From: Eledone cirrhosa
Lineage: Eukaryota
Direction: 5' to 3'
NCBI GenBank assembly: GCA_964016885.1
Contig: OZ024741.1
Coordinates: forward strand, 125,860,001 to 125,924,000
DNA: 64,000 nucleotides
Part shown: one piece after another, positions 15,535-27,849 of the stretch
Position numbering within the stretch: the first letter of the stretch is position 1
Layout: each line of letters starts with the position of its first letter
The notes under the pieces: model-generated
Seen by the model: the letters and a program-made list of their open reading frames with translations, nothing else
Told to the model about the DNA's origin: nothing
Databases searched by the model: none
Program-made: the position numbers and the translations under genes

Positions 15535-16019
15535 CAAGCCAACCTACATAAGTCTTTTTATTTTCTACTCTAACCATAAATTTCAGTAGCACCACTCCAC
15601 ATAAATTCCTCAATTTAAGAATGACCTGTAGTATCTATTTCATACTATTAACCTTACTTGAATATATATCTGACCAGGAAAGCTTTTTGTGAAAATCAGT
15701 CATATGGAACTATTGTCATCTTGCCTGACGGTTTGAACTTTACAACACCACCTGCCTCTTTGAGGTCAAATACCAACCCTACTACCATCTACAAACTGAC
15801 CAATGAGAATCAAGACTATTCCTGCTGACAACATTAAATTATTCCTAACAAGCTCATATGTCCCAAGGCTCTGATACCATCAACACTATAAACACAGAGC
15901 TGGCATATCTAAGACCTGACTAACTGCCTGATGAGGACATAGCCATTCAATGGCTATCATCGAAATATATATAGCAGTAAATAAAGGATTATGAGTTCAT
16001 GCAATTGACTTATGTTTCG

Positions 16020-16025
<6 letters not shown>
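15535..16025 (+). mobile_element. Penelope-like element 3' end (GIY-YIG C-terminal remnant plus pLTR with hammerhead)
   Basis: ILPDGLNF remnant (cf. P.GLN end of the PLE endonuclease) near 15718-15741, hammerhead downstream, ends in (TA)n. Confidence 0.6.
15923..15978 (+). ncRNA. Type I hammerhead ribozyme, intact core
   Basis: ACUGC-CUGAUGA-GGACAUAGCCA(UUCAA)UGGCUAUCAUC-GAAA-UAUAUA-UA-GCAGU: stem I ACUGC/GCAGU, palindromic minimal stem III, AUA site. Confidence 0.85.
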
Positions 16026-16086
<61 letters not shown>

Positions 16087-16311
16087 CGTGTCTGCGTGTG
16101 TATTAAATAAATACATGTATATATATGTTGTCATATTACTATCCATTTTTTCAGATATTATCTTAGCCCTCTTCTCTATCACTACCACCACCACACAGCT
16201 ATGATCTTTTGTTTGTTTTTTAAGAAAACATGCCGCCCATTTAGTTACACATATTTTCACACGTCTATAGCAGACATGGCATAAAACATTCATTGAATAT
16301 ATATTGAATGA

Positions 16312-16353
<42 letters not shown>

Positions 16354-16354
16354 C

Positions 16355-16397
<43 letters not shown>

Positions 16398-16686
16398 GTA
16401 GTTTTTACCCGGCGTTCCTCTCCTTTCTATATTTTTTTTTAAGCGGCACACACACACAAACACACACAGAAATGGCTTCTACGGGACTAAAAATGCACAG
16501 AGCAAAAGGGTTGCATAAGACGAACAATTCTACCATGCTGGAAAAGAAAAAGAAAAATTTAGTCAAGAATATGTGGTTAAGCAGAGCTTAACAAAAACGT
16601 TTCTGTTACCTAGTGAAATTGAGAGATAAAAAGCAGAGCGATTGAATGGGGGAGAGGAAGATTACAAGAGAACGACAGTGAAAGAA

Positions 16687-16731
<45 letters not shown>

Positions 16732-16828
16732 AGAAAGAAATATGGAGAGTGCAAAGAAGTAATAGAAAAAGGAGAGGGTTTCACGCAAATAAAAAGATTG
16801 TAGTTTACGAAGAAATACACACACCCAT

Positions 16829-16863
<35 letters not shown>

Positions 16864-17030
16864 TATATATATATATTGTGCACATGCCACATTGCAAACA
16901 TACACTTGGTAATCACTCTGAGAACAGGTTTTGTTCCTTAAAAGTTCATTCCATGATTCATTGAGTGTGTAATGTATGCAAGTGAGATATTATAGTTGAC
17001 ACTAAAACATTGTCAGTATTTATATATATA

Positions 17031-17308
17031 TATAATAAAACAAGGACAAATGGTTTCTCCTTCATGACCTTCATTGGTTGGTGACGCGCGTTTCGCTATT
17101 GATCAGCTCAAGGTTCGATCTGTATCAATCTAGCCCGACTCTGTAATCAATGGCTCTGCCATTACTGTCACAGAGGTCCGACGAGCCATTAATTACAGAG
17201 TCGGACTAGATCCATACAGATCGAACCTTGAGCTGATCAATAGCGAAACACGCGGCACCTACCAATAAACGTAATGAAGGAGTAACCATTCGTCCTTGTT
17301 TTATTATA
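17031..17308. repeat. Inverted repeat, ~126-bp arms, 26-bp spacer
   Basis: 17031-17156 versus 17183-17308. Confidence 0.9.
17174..17260 (+). ncRNA. Degenerate type I hammerhead with extended stem II, inside the 17031-17308 inverted repeat
   Basis: AGGU-CCGACGA-long stem II-GAAA-CACGCG-GC-ACCU. The opposite arm preserves GAAACGCGCGUC. Confidence 0.65.
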
Positions 17309-17407
17309 CTACACTCTGTCTAGCTCCACACCTTGAAACCGACGTGAACCAAAACAACGAGTGCTCATCCGGATGAACCTACAACAGTACTTTGCGTTAC
17401 ACTCCCT

Positions 17408-17471
<64 letters not shown>

Positions 17472-18308
17472 TCAGCGAGAATCGCATTTCGGCGGGTAGA
17501 AAAACCGAAACGAAACGCAAAAATCAGAATTATGCTGGCAAGCGATCCATAGTTTAAAAATCCAGAGCTAAACAATATGTTAAAACGCCATACAAAACTG
17601 AAAAAGTGGTCAAGAAAGCATCAACCACCCAAGCCAAAAAGCAAATCAAGCTAAACAGGTCAAAACAATATATATATATAATGGGAATTTAGCTCGATAC
17701 AATGCTAAATGAATAGAAGCTTTCGCAATTATTTCTACCTTGTCCGCAGAACTGCTCGATGTTAACAGGTGCGAAAAATACTTATATCAGAGCAAACACA
17801 TAAACTCATGTCCGTGGAGCAACAATACACAAGTAGAACATGTTAAGCCGGATACAAATCGAGAATGTTTTTTGTGAACTGGTCCGCCGGGTGCAGCTCT
17901 TTCCCACCGTGCCCCATTTTATTTTCCTATCCTACAATCTATTCTTTGTTCTCAAACTAAATTTTCTTATTTTCTTTTTCTATTAAACTGTATTTACATG
18001 ATATATTCCGTAAATAAACCATAATATATTGAGCAATGTCTAATAAAAACAAAACACGCCTTTAAAAGGGTTTAACAAAGAAAAAGTGTTTAAAAATCTT
18101 ACGTTTCACTTCCTGGACCATAACGGTTTCGACCGATATATTAAAGCAAGTGTTTAGGGATGTTTAGGTTTATAATCTCAGATACTTAATAATATTTACA
18201 TTTATATTGTAATGGATGAGTGGGAATATTTATGTAAACAGAAACGTTGACATCTTACCAATATATTTTTGGCCCAAGATATTGGTACAATAAAGTGGAG
18301 GTAGGTGG

Positions 18309-18531
18309 CAGTGCTGGACTTACCTATAAATTAAATAAGCTAAACTATAGCCTAGGGTCACACATCCTCATTTTTAGAAATATATTTGCATTTTATCGTT
18401 AGTTTTTATTCTTTAATACTAAATAATCAGACATTATATATATATATGTATATGTATATATACCACCACCCCACTCTCAAGAGCGTGAAATTAATAAACA
18501 TTCGTCTGTTTTGTTCCTGTTCAAATTTTCC

Positions 18532-18567
<36 letters not shown>

Positions 18568-18897
18568 AACAAGGTATCGTTTAAGGTAATCCTGATCGGG
18601 TATGGACTGTAATTAAGGCCGAGTAACTTCTAACGATCAGCGGCCTTTTAGACTCACCTGATTAGAGAAACAATTGTTAATACTGTAAATAAACCCTATT
18701 GTACAGCCGACCATGTTATTCTTCATTCTTTTGCTATATATATATATATAGATAGATAGATAGATAGACAGATATAGATATAGATATATAATTTAATTCT
18801 GTAATCGTTAATAAAGAATAATCATGTATAATATTTTTAGAGATGGGCCTCAAATTTCATATATATTAGGGCCTCATCAGTTGAAAGTCCGACTCTG
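18309..18897 (-). mobile_element. hAT-like MITE
   Basis: TIR CAGTGCYGGACTT; near-matching 8-bp TSD GTAGGTGG/GAAGGTGG; homologous to 20543-20795 in the opposite orientation. Confidence 0.75.
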
Positions 18898-19370
18898 GAA
18901 GGTGGTGTCCAAATAAATAGGAGTTAAATTCCGATATGTGTTTGTATTTCTTAATTTCATCGGAGTTTTCCTGCAAGTTCCATTTAGAAAAAAAAAAAAA
19001 AAAAAAAACATTGGAGTTTTCAAACTAGATTTGTTAGATTCCTTTACAATTGTTTCTGTGCTTCTATCGTTTTTTCCTATTTTAGAGAAAATGTTTCCCG
19101 GAGAAACATTTTGGAACCTGTCAGAAAAACTGTATCATAATTCATAAGTCCCAGGTTTGTCACACTCCGTGTGTGTCACGCTGAATCTCGCAGATAATTA
19201 CGTTAAGAGAGCATGCGCAGCCACTTACACGTTAATTTCATGAGCAAGCTGCTCCGTTGATCGAACAATTGGAGCTTTTATCGTCGAAACTGATGGAGGT
19301 CCATTTCACATAAATTAAATATCTATAGCCTTTACAAATAATTACTGTTCTACTTTAATCTTATTTCCAG

Positions 19371-19524
19371 GTTTTGCCCCAGTGTTTTTCTCTACTTGGC
19401 GTACAGTCTACCACCAATATGGTTACTAGAACTCGATCTGCTTAAAAGGAGAATGGACCATCGCTTCCCTGAGAAATCAAGGACACCATCAGAAGTCCAA
19501 AGCCTTTCTCTGATCACACCAAAC
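19371..19524 (+). CDS. TMEM26: TMEM26-like gene, coding exon 2
   Basis: Acceptor ttatttccag; first G completes the TGG codon; reads WFCPSVFLYLAYSLPPIWLLELDLLKRR (TMEM26 WFSPAIFLYL..PSLWLLE-like). GT donor at 19525, phase 0. Confidence 0.85.
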
Positions 19525-20542
19525 GTATCTTTTATCGCTATTGATCTTTGTTGTTGTTTATTATTTTTATTGTTTTTATGACGGTGGATTGGCAGTATCG
19601 GTAGAGCACCGGACAACATGCTTTGTGGCATATAATTATGTCCCTTTACGCCCTGAGTTCAAATCCCGGCAAGGTTGGCTTTACCTTTCATCCTTAAGGG
19701 GTCGATAAAATAAAGCACCAGTAACACACTGGGTTGATTTAATCGACTTTCCCCTTGCCTTCAAATTGCTGGCCTTGTGCTTCAATCAGAAACCATTATT
19801 ATGCAAATTATGTGTGTCTGAGCATAAGAGTTTCTTGATTAGAAATTCATTTCTGTGAGGATGGAGGGTAGGCGGTGACGTGGTAGATCTGTTAGAGTGT
19901 AGAAAAAAATACCTTGCTCGATTTCTTCCGGCACTTAGCGCTCTGATTACAAATTCTGCCAAGGTCAAATAAAGGTTAGCAGAATGACATTACTAGAAAC
20001 GCAGCTAAAATATACCAGTATGTCTGTTAGCAAATTTGTTAACAAAATTGTTGATATTTCTGCAGCCAAGAAAGGCAGAAAATATTTCCTTTAAGATTCG
20101 TGTTGGGAAATTTACTTTATCGGTAGAGCATCGGATAACATGCTTTGCGGCATATACTTTAGGCCTTTAACTGAGTTCAAATCCCACCGAGTTTAGCTTT
20201 GCTTTTCATCCTTACGGGATCGATAAAATAAAGCACCAGTAACGCACAGGGGTCGATTTCATCCACTTTCCCGTAACCCAAAATTGTTTGCCTTCTGTTT
20301 AAATCAGAAACCATTATTTAAATTTTTTTTTATTTTTGTAATTACTCAGAGGAATATCCAGTGTCATTCTTTCAGGGTCGATAAAGAAAGTACCAGTCCC
20401 GTGCTGGTGCAACCATCTTTCATTGTAAGACTTTATATCCTGGATATCCCACTGTACAAAGGGAGGGAGAGTATACAGAGTGTTTTTATCTTCTCGTGAC
20501 TGCATAGACACTTGACGTTCTTAGCAAAAGCATGTGCGTAAT

Positions 20543-20795
20543 CAGTGCCGGACTTTCATCTGCTGAGGCCCTAGGCTATATGAAATTTGGGGCCCTTCTC
20601 TAAAAGAATATAATTGTTAGTTTTTTTAATTTTAATGTTAATGATAAAGAATAATATATACATAAGTATATATAAATATACTTTTTTATGATTTAGTGTT
20701 AAAGAATAAAAACTAATGATAAAATAAAAATCTATTTTAAATAATGAGGCTCCCGAAGCTATAGCTTATTTAGCTTATAGGTAAGTCCAGGACTG
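20543..20795 (+). mobile_element. hAT-like MITE, same family
   Basis: CAGTGCCGGACTT...AAGTCCAGGACTG; TSD-like TGCGTAAT/TCCGTAGT. Confidence 0.75.
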
Positions 20796-21444
20796 TCCGT
20801 AGTATTAAGTTATAATCGATTGCGAATATCAGTTGTAGTTCTTTTTTTTTTATTGTCGTTCTCGTCACCTTTCCAAAGAGTAGTGGAGGGCGGGGCGCAG
20901 GTCCCAGTATTTAAAACCTTCGAATTTGCTTAATGTTTGCAGAATACTTTTTGCAATCTCTCCATTTGGTAGTTAAATCTGATGTCCTGGGTCCTCGGGC
21001 TTAGCACACACTCTCACTCTTAGCACACACACACGCCTTCCCGGAATAACACACCCGCCATTCTCTGTGCTGGGACCCTGAAGCAACAATAATAAAATAG
21101 GTACAATTGATTGGATGAGTTGACCCAAATTTTGGGGAACATTTTTATATAATGTGGTGGGAGTGAATCTTGTCTTAATTGTGAAAACAGTAGACATGTT
21201 TCGCTCGAATTGATCTCTCCAGCGAAGTATATTTTCTTAACAAGTTGCCTGGAGTAGAACGGTCAAATTTATAGGAAAGGAGAAAAGAATGTTATGCTGG
21301 TTACGTCAACAAAGGGTTCGAATGAAAGGCATGAAGGGGTGGTCATCATCATCCTCATCATCATCACTATCACCACCATCATAATCACCACCGCTGCTGC
21401 CATTGTCGTCGTCGTTGTTGTTGTTGTTTTTGTTGTTGTTATTA

Positions 21445-22450
21445 TTTTCTTGGAGTCTCAGTCATTGATGTTATTTAACTGGAAAGTTTGTTCAAATGAA
21501 CATCAAGCCGCTACCTGGAGCCTCCGATATTTAGCACGTATCGGAGGGTTCTTGCTGTTTCCAGCAACCATGCCTTTTGAAGTGTTCCAAAAAAAGGGGG
21601 CTAATGTTCTTTAACCATCCTTGAAAACTTTTCGAGATAGTACCAAGTGCTCCTATGACAATCGGGACGACCTTGATCTCATGACAGTCCCAAATCTTTT
21701 TAAATTCCCACTTTAAATCCTGGTATCGGTTAATTTTCTCCTTCTCCTTTTCTAGCACCTTTGTGTCAAAGGGGCAGGCTACATCTACAATCAGGCACGA
21801 TTTTTTCCTTGTCAAAAACCACCAGGTCAGGTCTATTGTGTTCTAATTTCTTTCCTGTATCCTGAAATCCCGTAGCACCTTCACTCGATCTTTTTCTATC
21901 ACCGACTCTGGCTTACGCTCATACCACTTCTCTGAATGTGGTAAATTATTTACTTTGCATGAATGCTAATGAATCACCTTTCCTATTATATCGTGCCCCC
22001 ATCCTTTATAGTCAGTCTGGGTTAGGTGTTTACACTCGGATGCGATGTGAGCCACAGTTTTCTCTCTTTCCACATATCTGACAAAGTGGGCTAGCCTCCT
22101 CCTTGTCAACATGGTGTTTCATCCACTTCGTTATGAGGGCTTGGGACTGTGCAGCTAGATATTTTAAGGTCTCCTCTTTTTAACCAGCTCCATGTCTATG
22201 GATCTCTGAATTCCGTTTTCTCCTTCAGCTCCCTACTTTCAGACACATATGTGTGTAGACAGCTCTTCTCCATCTGAACACAGTCCTCTACGCTGATAAG
22301 TCCTCTTCCGTCTTCAGATCTCTTTAAGTAGAGTCTATCAACATCTTCCTAGTCTTTCTATTTATTTATTTTTCTTCAGTAACATTCCATTTGAGAATTC
22401 CGCACTGTACCTAATAATAGACACAGCTCGGGAATTTACTGTACTTATGA
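21445..22450 (-). mobile_element. R4/Dong-like non-LTR retrotransposon 3' fragment in TMEM26 intron 2
   Basis: IVDVACPFD..EKEKINRYQDLKWE.KKIW..VVPIVIGALG (RLE), RLYLKRSEDGRGLIS, CCHC-like remnant. 3' end abuts an (AAT)/(AAC)/(GAT) microsatellite. Confidence 0.85.
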
Positions 22451-22540
22451 CATTCCTACTATTTAGATGTGATTTTAGTGTATCTCTTACTCTCCTTATG
22501 TATTCAGATCTTAACAACTCAATCATTTTATTACTTGCAG

Positions 22541-23884
22541 TTCAAAATCCCAATCATATTAGATCCGGAAAAATGGGTGAGAATTCTTCAACAAGTTCTT
22601 CTGTTGCTGTTAATAATTGGCCGTTGGTTGCTACCGAAAGGTAAGATCTCGCGAGAACAGCTGTCCCAGTTGCTTCTGGTCTATATTGGTATGGCGGCTG
22701 ACATCATTGAACTGTTCGAGGCATTCAAAGAGGAAGTGGTCAAGTATAACTGGACCTTGACCATAGTCATTCTCTCCCTCTGGACAGCCAGCTTACTGCA
22801 ATTTACATTTGTGGTGACCACAACGAAAGCCAGACGTCCACGTCCGTTGTATGTCAAGGAAAAGATTGAGCACTCGGAAGAAACTAATGAAAAAAAGTCT
22901 GCTAAAGGTTTATGTTGTTGTTGTTGTACAGCAGATATTTTGTCAATCCTGACAACAATTGTTCTGCAAGACGGACCATTCCTTGTGCTGCGAATGTTGC
23001 TGATATTTCGATACAATGTCTTAAGCTACACCAATATATTCTTTACATCAAAAAACACCCTTGTGATTTTGCTTCAGTTTTATCGTTTGGTGGTTCTGTA
23101 TTGTGAAAAAAGCAATGTTTGTCAGAATAAATCAACAAAGAACAATAATGTTAGTACAGAGAATTCCAAAATTAACAATTCGAACCCTCAAAACCAAAAT
23201 GGTAGCTTTAAAAAATCTAAAAATACAAAATCTAACAACAAAAAGAAGAATGGTTCTGGTATTGAGAATAAGAGCAAAAAGAAGAAAATTCCCGAAACAG
23301 ATGTTATTAATAAAACGGAAAATCATTCTAAAAATAAAACTCCAACAATTAATGGTACAGAATCACAAAAGAAGAAGGAAAACGCCATGGTATCGTCTTC
23401 GAAAAGTTTGGAAGAATCTGGTATGGTTGAATCTCAGATATGCGATGAAGCCGTTGTTCCAGAACACTCTGTGTCTAGATTCTTATTGTCAGGATATAAT
23501 CGAAGTTTTCATGATAACGATTCTTTGAAAGAGGATCTCCCACAAGTGTTGGAACTATCCAAAACTGTTGACAACCTTCCTGGTCCTGTTCTCTGGAGTT
23601 CTGATGAAGATGATTCAATGTTTTCCAAAACATCGTCGCAACGTTTTGCCAAAACCAAAAGCAAATGGCAACAACCAGTCGAAGGAATATTTTCTTCTCA
23701 AAAACAATTCAATAAAATAAATTTAAAAAATGATTATTCTGATGGTGATTCTCTTCAGTGGGGCGTCTCGGTTAAGCAGCACGGACCAGATTCAATGGAT
23801 TCAAAAACTGTTGATGAATCAATGGATGTGATTCAAAAACGAAAGTTGATATTTCCAAAATTTAATAAAAAAACGCGAAAATAG
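22541..23884 (+). CDS. TMEM26: TMEM26-like gene, last coding exon with long low-complexity C-terminal tail
   Basis: Acceptor ttacttgcag, phase 0. Contains the motifs GRWLLPKG..SREQLSQLLLVYIGMAADIIE, QDGPFLVLRM and FFTSKNTLVILLQFYRL. The three exons join in frame to 572 aa. Confidence 0.92.
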   Translation, partial: FKIPIILDPEKWVRILQQVLLLLLIIGRWLLPKGKISREQLSQLLLVYIGMAADIIELFEAFKEEVVKYNWTLTIVILSLWTASLLQFTFVVTTTKARRPRPLYVKEKIEHSEETNEKKSAKGLCCCCCTADILSILTTIVLQDGPFLVLRMLLIFRYNVLSYTNIFFTSKNTLVILLQFYRLVVLYCEKSNVCQNKSTKNNNVSTENSKINNSNPQNQNGSFKKSKNTKSNNKKKNGSGIENKSKKKKIPETDVINKTENHSKNKTPTINGTESQKKKENAMVSSSKSLEESGMVESQICDEAVVPEHSVSRFLLSGYNRSFHDNDSLKEDLPQVLELSKTVDNLPGPVLWSSDEDDSMFSKTSSQRFAKTKSKWQQPVEGIFSSQKQFNKINLKNDYSDGDSLQWGVSVKQHGPDSMDSKTVDESMDVIQKRKLIFPKFNKKTRK

Positions 23885-24127
23885 ATCAAAATTGATCAAA
23901 GTTAAAACAAAACAAAACAATCTTCGACAAACAAACAATTCTAAAATATCGATCTTGAAATCAGATATTAATAATAAAATCAAAATAATTAATAATATGA
24001 AAGATGACTGTAGAGAAGACACATTTGGGTAACGCTTTGATTTTGTAATGCCGTTAGTATTAATATCGATTTAGAAGACTAAAAGTTGTAGTAATTGTTA
24101 TTCTCGTCGATAACAAGGTGATTTTAA

Positions 24128-24577
24128 CCCTTTCGTTACCATAGTTCTAATAAAAGACACTATGATTTTCAAATAATTATGAAAATAATCAAGAATTTGA
24201 AAGCATTTAATAATAAAACGAACACACTTTCTCATTATTAGGACGGTGTTTTGCAGTAGAACTTAAAGGCTATTACGTAAAATTATAAACGAAAGTTTTA
24301 GTTAAATGTAACTACTTTAATACTTTCGTTACTATATTTCTATTAAAAGACACGACCTATTGTTTACAAATAATTTTTTTTTATTTCAAGAATTTGGAAG
24401 GTTTGGGTAATATATCGAACTTTATCATTATTAAGATGGCGTTTAGAACGTAACTTAACCAAGGTTATTACATAAAATTATGATGGAAAGTTTTAGATAA
24501 ACATAAACACTTTAAAATGAACATTTTGTCAAAACCGTAGTACCAGGCCTGTTTTAAGCAATTTGGTATCAAAAGGG
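24128..24577. mobile_element. piggyBac-like MITE
   Basis: TTAA|CCCTTT...AAAGGG|TTAA; related copies near 10722-10953, 12600-12790 and 13050-13230. Confidence 0.65.
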
Positions 24578-24759
24578 TTAAAAACAGAAATAAAGTTACA
24601 ATAAATCTAATTGTACTAGTAGCCAGGTCGCAGAAATGCGACGAAACTTTTCCACACTTCATAGTAAACAGTACTTTTAAGAAATAAACCGAAACGTTAA
24701 AATAACAGTTTTTGTGTATTCTTAAATATCTTAAATGGCTTTTCCGAGTTTTACTTGAT

Positions 24760-27000
24760 TAAGATACTTACTTTAGTCTGATCTGACGATCAACTCTTTT
24801 CCTTCTTGATGGCGACGTTTCTGCTGTGGTGTGTGAGATGGCTTCAAGCGACACGATACTTCGGCCTACACAGGGTATCCTGCTCTACATCTTAAGCTTA
24901 CGGACATTAGGGACTTTCAAGAGCCCGCCTGTGACATCTCCTTGACCACATACACTGAGATCTTTCCCAGGGAGCTGCCGTGGTGGAGTAGATGGCCTGC
25001 AACAGGGCCACCTAAGAGATCTAACCATGCCATACTCCACTGAGGTTGGAGTAGGTTTGCTTCGGTCGATTACTGTTATAACGAATAGTTTTCTCCAAGC
25101 CGACTTCGGCCGCCATGCCGGTGATCTTTTCCTCTCAGTCAATCTGATTGCGTTGAAGAAGAATGATGGAGACATCCAACCCATAGTAGTGGGCAACATC
25201 TTTCGGTGACTTGCGGCAAAGTTAGCCTGAGCTAAGCTGGGCCTAAGCAACGAGTTTTGTCCTGTCCAGTAGGGTTTGAGCGGATCTGAAGCGGCTACTC
25301 AGGTGACCAGGCACTTCATTAAGCACATGCCCTCTTCGTCACCTCGTCTCCTGGGGAAGTTGGACATGCGAAACGCTTTTAACAGCATAGGACGTCGTCA
25401 CATCTTTTCTCCTTTTGGCACATCTTCCTTGTGGGGCACCCAGCACACTTATTGCTACCCACAAGGTGACGTCGGCCACTTGTATCCAGCAAAGGTGATT
25501 CACTCGGCCCGCTCCTTTTTGTGTTGGCTGTCGACAACATTTCCAACTCAGCCCACTCACCCTTCAATGTCTGGTACTTGGATGATACAAATCTGGGTGA
25601 CTCAGTTGAGTCTGTCGTCGACGACCTTCAGCAAGTCATCCCAACCCTATTGTTCCTTGGACTTGAGATCAGCTCGCCCTGGTCAGAGGTGATAAATGTG
25701 AGCGACGGTAAAACTGAATTTCAAAACGCCGAACTCAACATCCAACTTGTTCTGAATAGGGCTAACCGGGAAAGATGACACATACATTCTCAGCTCTCCA
25801 ATCCTCTTGAAATCGATAAAAGTGTGCCTGGAAACCAAGTACGCTGAACTGACGAGGATGAAGGAGGGATTGCGCCTCATTGACGCGCATCCAGTGCTCT
25901 TTCTTCTGAAGAACTGCTTCGCCCTCCCCAAACTCCCCTTCATGCTATGCGATGCACCTTGTAACCGCCACACGGATAGTCTCATTGAATTCAAAGCCAC
26001 TAGCCGACACTGTGCAATAGGTGGGGCTCCCCGTGAAATTCGGTGCCTTTGGCCTCCGAGCTCCTTCTGATCTATTACAGCCGGCTTACCTATCCTCAAT
26101 CACACTCAGTAAGGTTACCCGCAAGACAGCAGAACCAGGTTTAACCCGGGAATTGGAGTTAGCTCTGGCCGATTGGATTGACAAAGGTCACACCATCCCA
26201 CAGTATGCAGAAGTTCAACGGAATGCGGATGACATGAAGTGCAGGTCAACCTTCAAGCGGATCTAGTCTTCTTTAGACCAACACCGTCTCTGCCTCCGGT
26301 CTGAACCACAGCCAAACAGCGGCGCATGGCTCAATTTGGTGCCCTCCTCATTAACCAGTATCCTTCTTGGTAATGAGTGCATTGGCATCGGAGTGGCCCA
26401 GCGCCACGATACCTGAATGTGTGAACCCCACAAATGCCGTTGTGGAGCCGTTGACAAATTCGATCTACATCCGCTATCCTGCCGCCATAGCGCATGTCAG
26501 TTCCCCCAAGACGCCACTCTGAATGACATAATCAAAGAGAAACTTTGACACGGCTGCCTTTCCATCACAATTAAACCCCGATGGCCTCGACCACGCTGAC
26601 CGTAAACGCCGAGACGTGATAACTCTCTTCCCATTTGAAGGAGGTAAATCCCTAATCCGGAACGCCACATACTGTGACTCGTTTTCCGCCTCCAATTTTG
26701 TCGTGTCGGCCTCAAACCCAGGCACCGCCGCCCGTAATACCGGGACTTGACCGACCACTTACTTTTCGTGCCGGTCAAAGTCGAGATCTCAGATCTCCTT
26801 GGTACCTGAACTGCTGTTTTCCTCCGCATAATCTGGAAGACAGAGCCCACTCCTCCCTGAGGAAAGAACCCAGTGAGGTAGGGTGGCTGTTACTATGGGT
26901 GCCACTGGTTATTCTCAGCGGCAATGCTTTCGCCATTTTCTCTAACTGAAGCATGCTGTAGTGTGCAATCTGTCGCTTCGTTCCTATTTTCCATTTCTTC
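24760..27000 (+). mobile_element. Degenerate CRE-clade non-LTR retrotransposon (RT plus restriction-like endonuclease)
   Basis: ALKKNDGDIQPIVVGNIFR, KLDMRNAFNSI, VWYLDD, GAWLNLVP, CxCG/H..C knuckle, TLNDII, (Q)RGNA, all across frameshifts. Confidence 0.85.
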
Positions 27001-27849
27001 CGTTGCTCAACTTCTCTTTCTTTCTTTTTATTCTCTTTAATTGTTTTATAAATTGTACCTAGAAACAATGCAAGGGAGAAATAACTCAAATATACAATAA
27101 AGGGAGATAACTCACGGGTGAAAAAATTCTAAATAGAATACTTAGCTCGGTCCGAATTGCATGCCAGCATTAAGCCAGTAGGCAATCAGTCTCAGCATCC
27201 GTAACAATGAGCTCCCTGAACGATTCGAACTTCAGATTGGGAAGTGCATACAGAAGTGGAAGTCGGAATCGCTACCAGTGCCATGCCAAACTGCAATATT
27301 ACTTTGTAAAATTTTAATTCGTTGAAAATATATATATTTGTAACATTTTTCAACATAAATTGTTGGTGGTTGTGTGGTATAATACTTTTTTTATTTTTCT
27401 TAACTGAAAAAGAAAATAGTTATACATACCGTTCGACTTGGCAGATATGAAAAGAATGTATCCTTTTTTATTATATCTATAGTCGCAGGCGGGTGTTCAC
27501 TGATATACAGACAATTTCAGACACCTCTATATAAATATATTATTAGAAACTCAATATACATATTGAGTATGTGTACGCGTCCGTGTTCTTCATTTTATCC
27601 TATAATGTATTACTTCGACAAATAGAGATAATTGTAATAAGTATAAGGATTTATAAGAACGCAACTCTTTAAGGTGTTGTCTGAGAACCTCTTCCAAACG
27701 ATGAGAAAAACTGAGGATAGAAATCGATCTGATGTGATTGATACTAGTCACGAATTTGACAACTGCTATTCTATATTTAAAAAAAACAATCATTTTTGTG
27801 GATAAATGTATCGTGGCTTTGACAATTCACCTATCGCAGGTAACATAAA

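Noticed and set aside
18845-18885. Minus-strand CUGAUGAGGCCC...GAAA
   Set aside because: Part of the hAT MITE subterminal region; the paralog at ~20560 reads CTGCTGA, and stems do not form.
22469-22540. 5' part of the 471-aa ORF as the TMEM26 start
   Set aside because: Intronic; the true exon starts after the acceptor at 22540 and joins upstream exons in phase.
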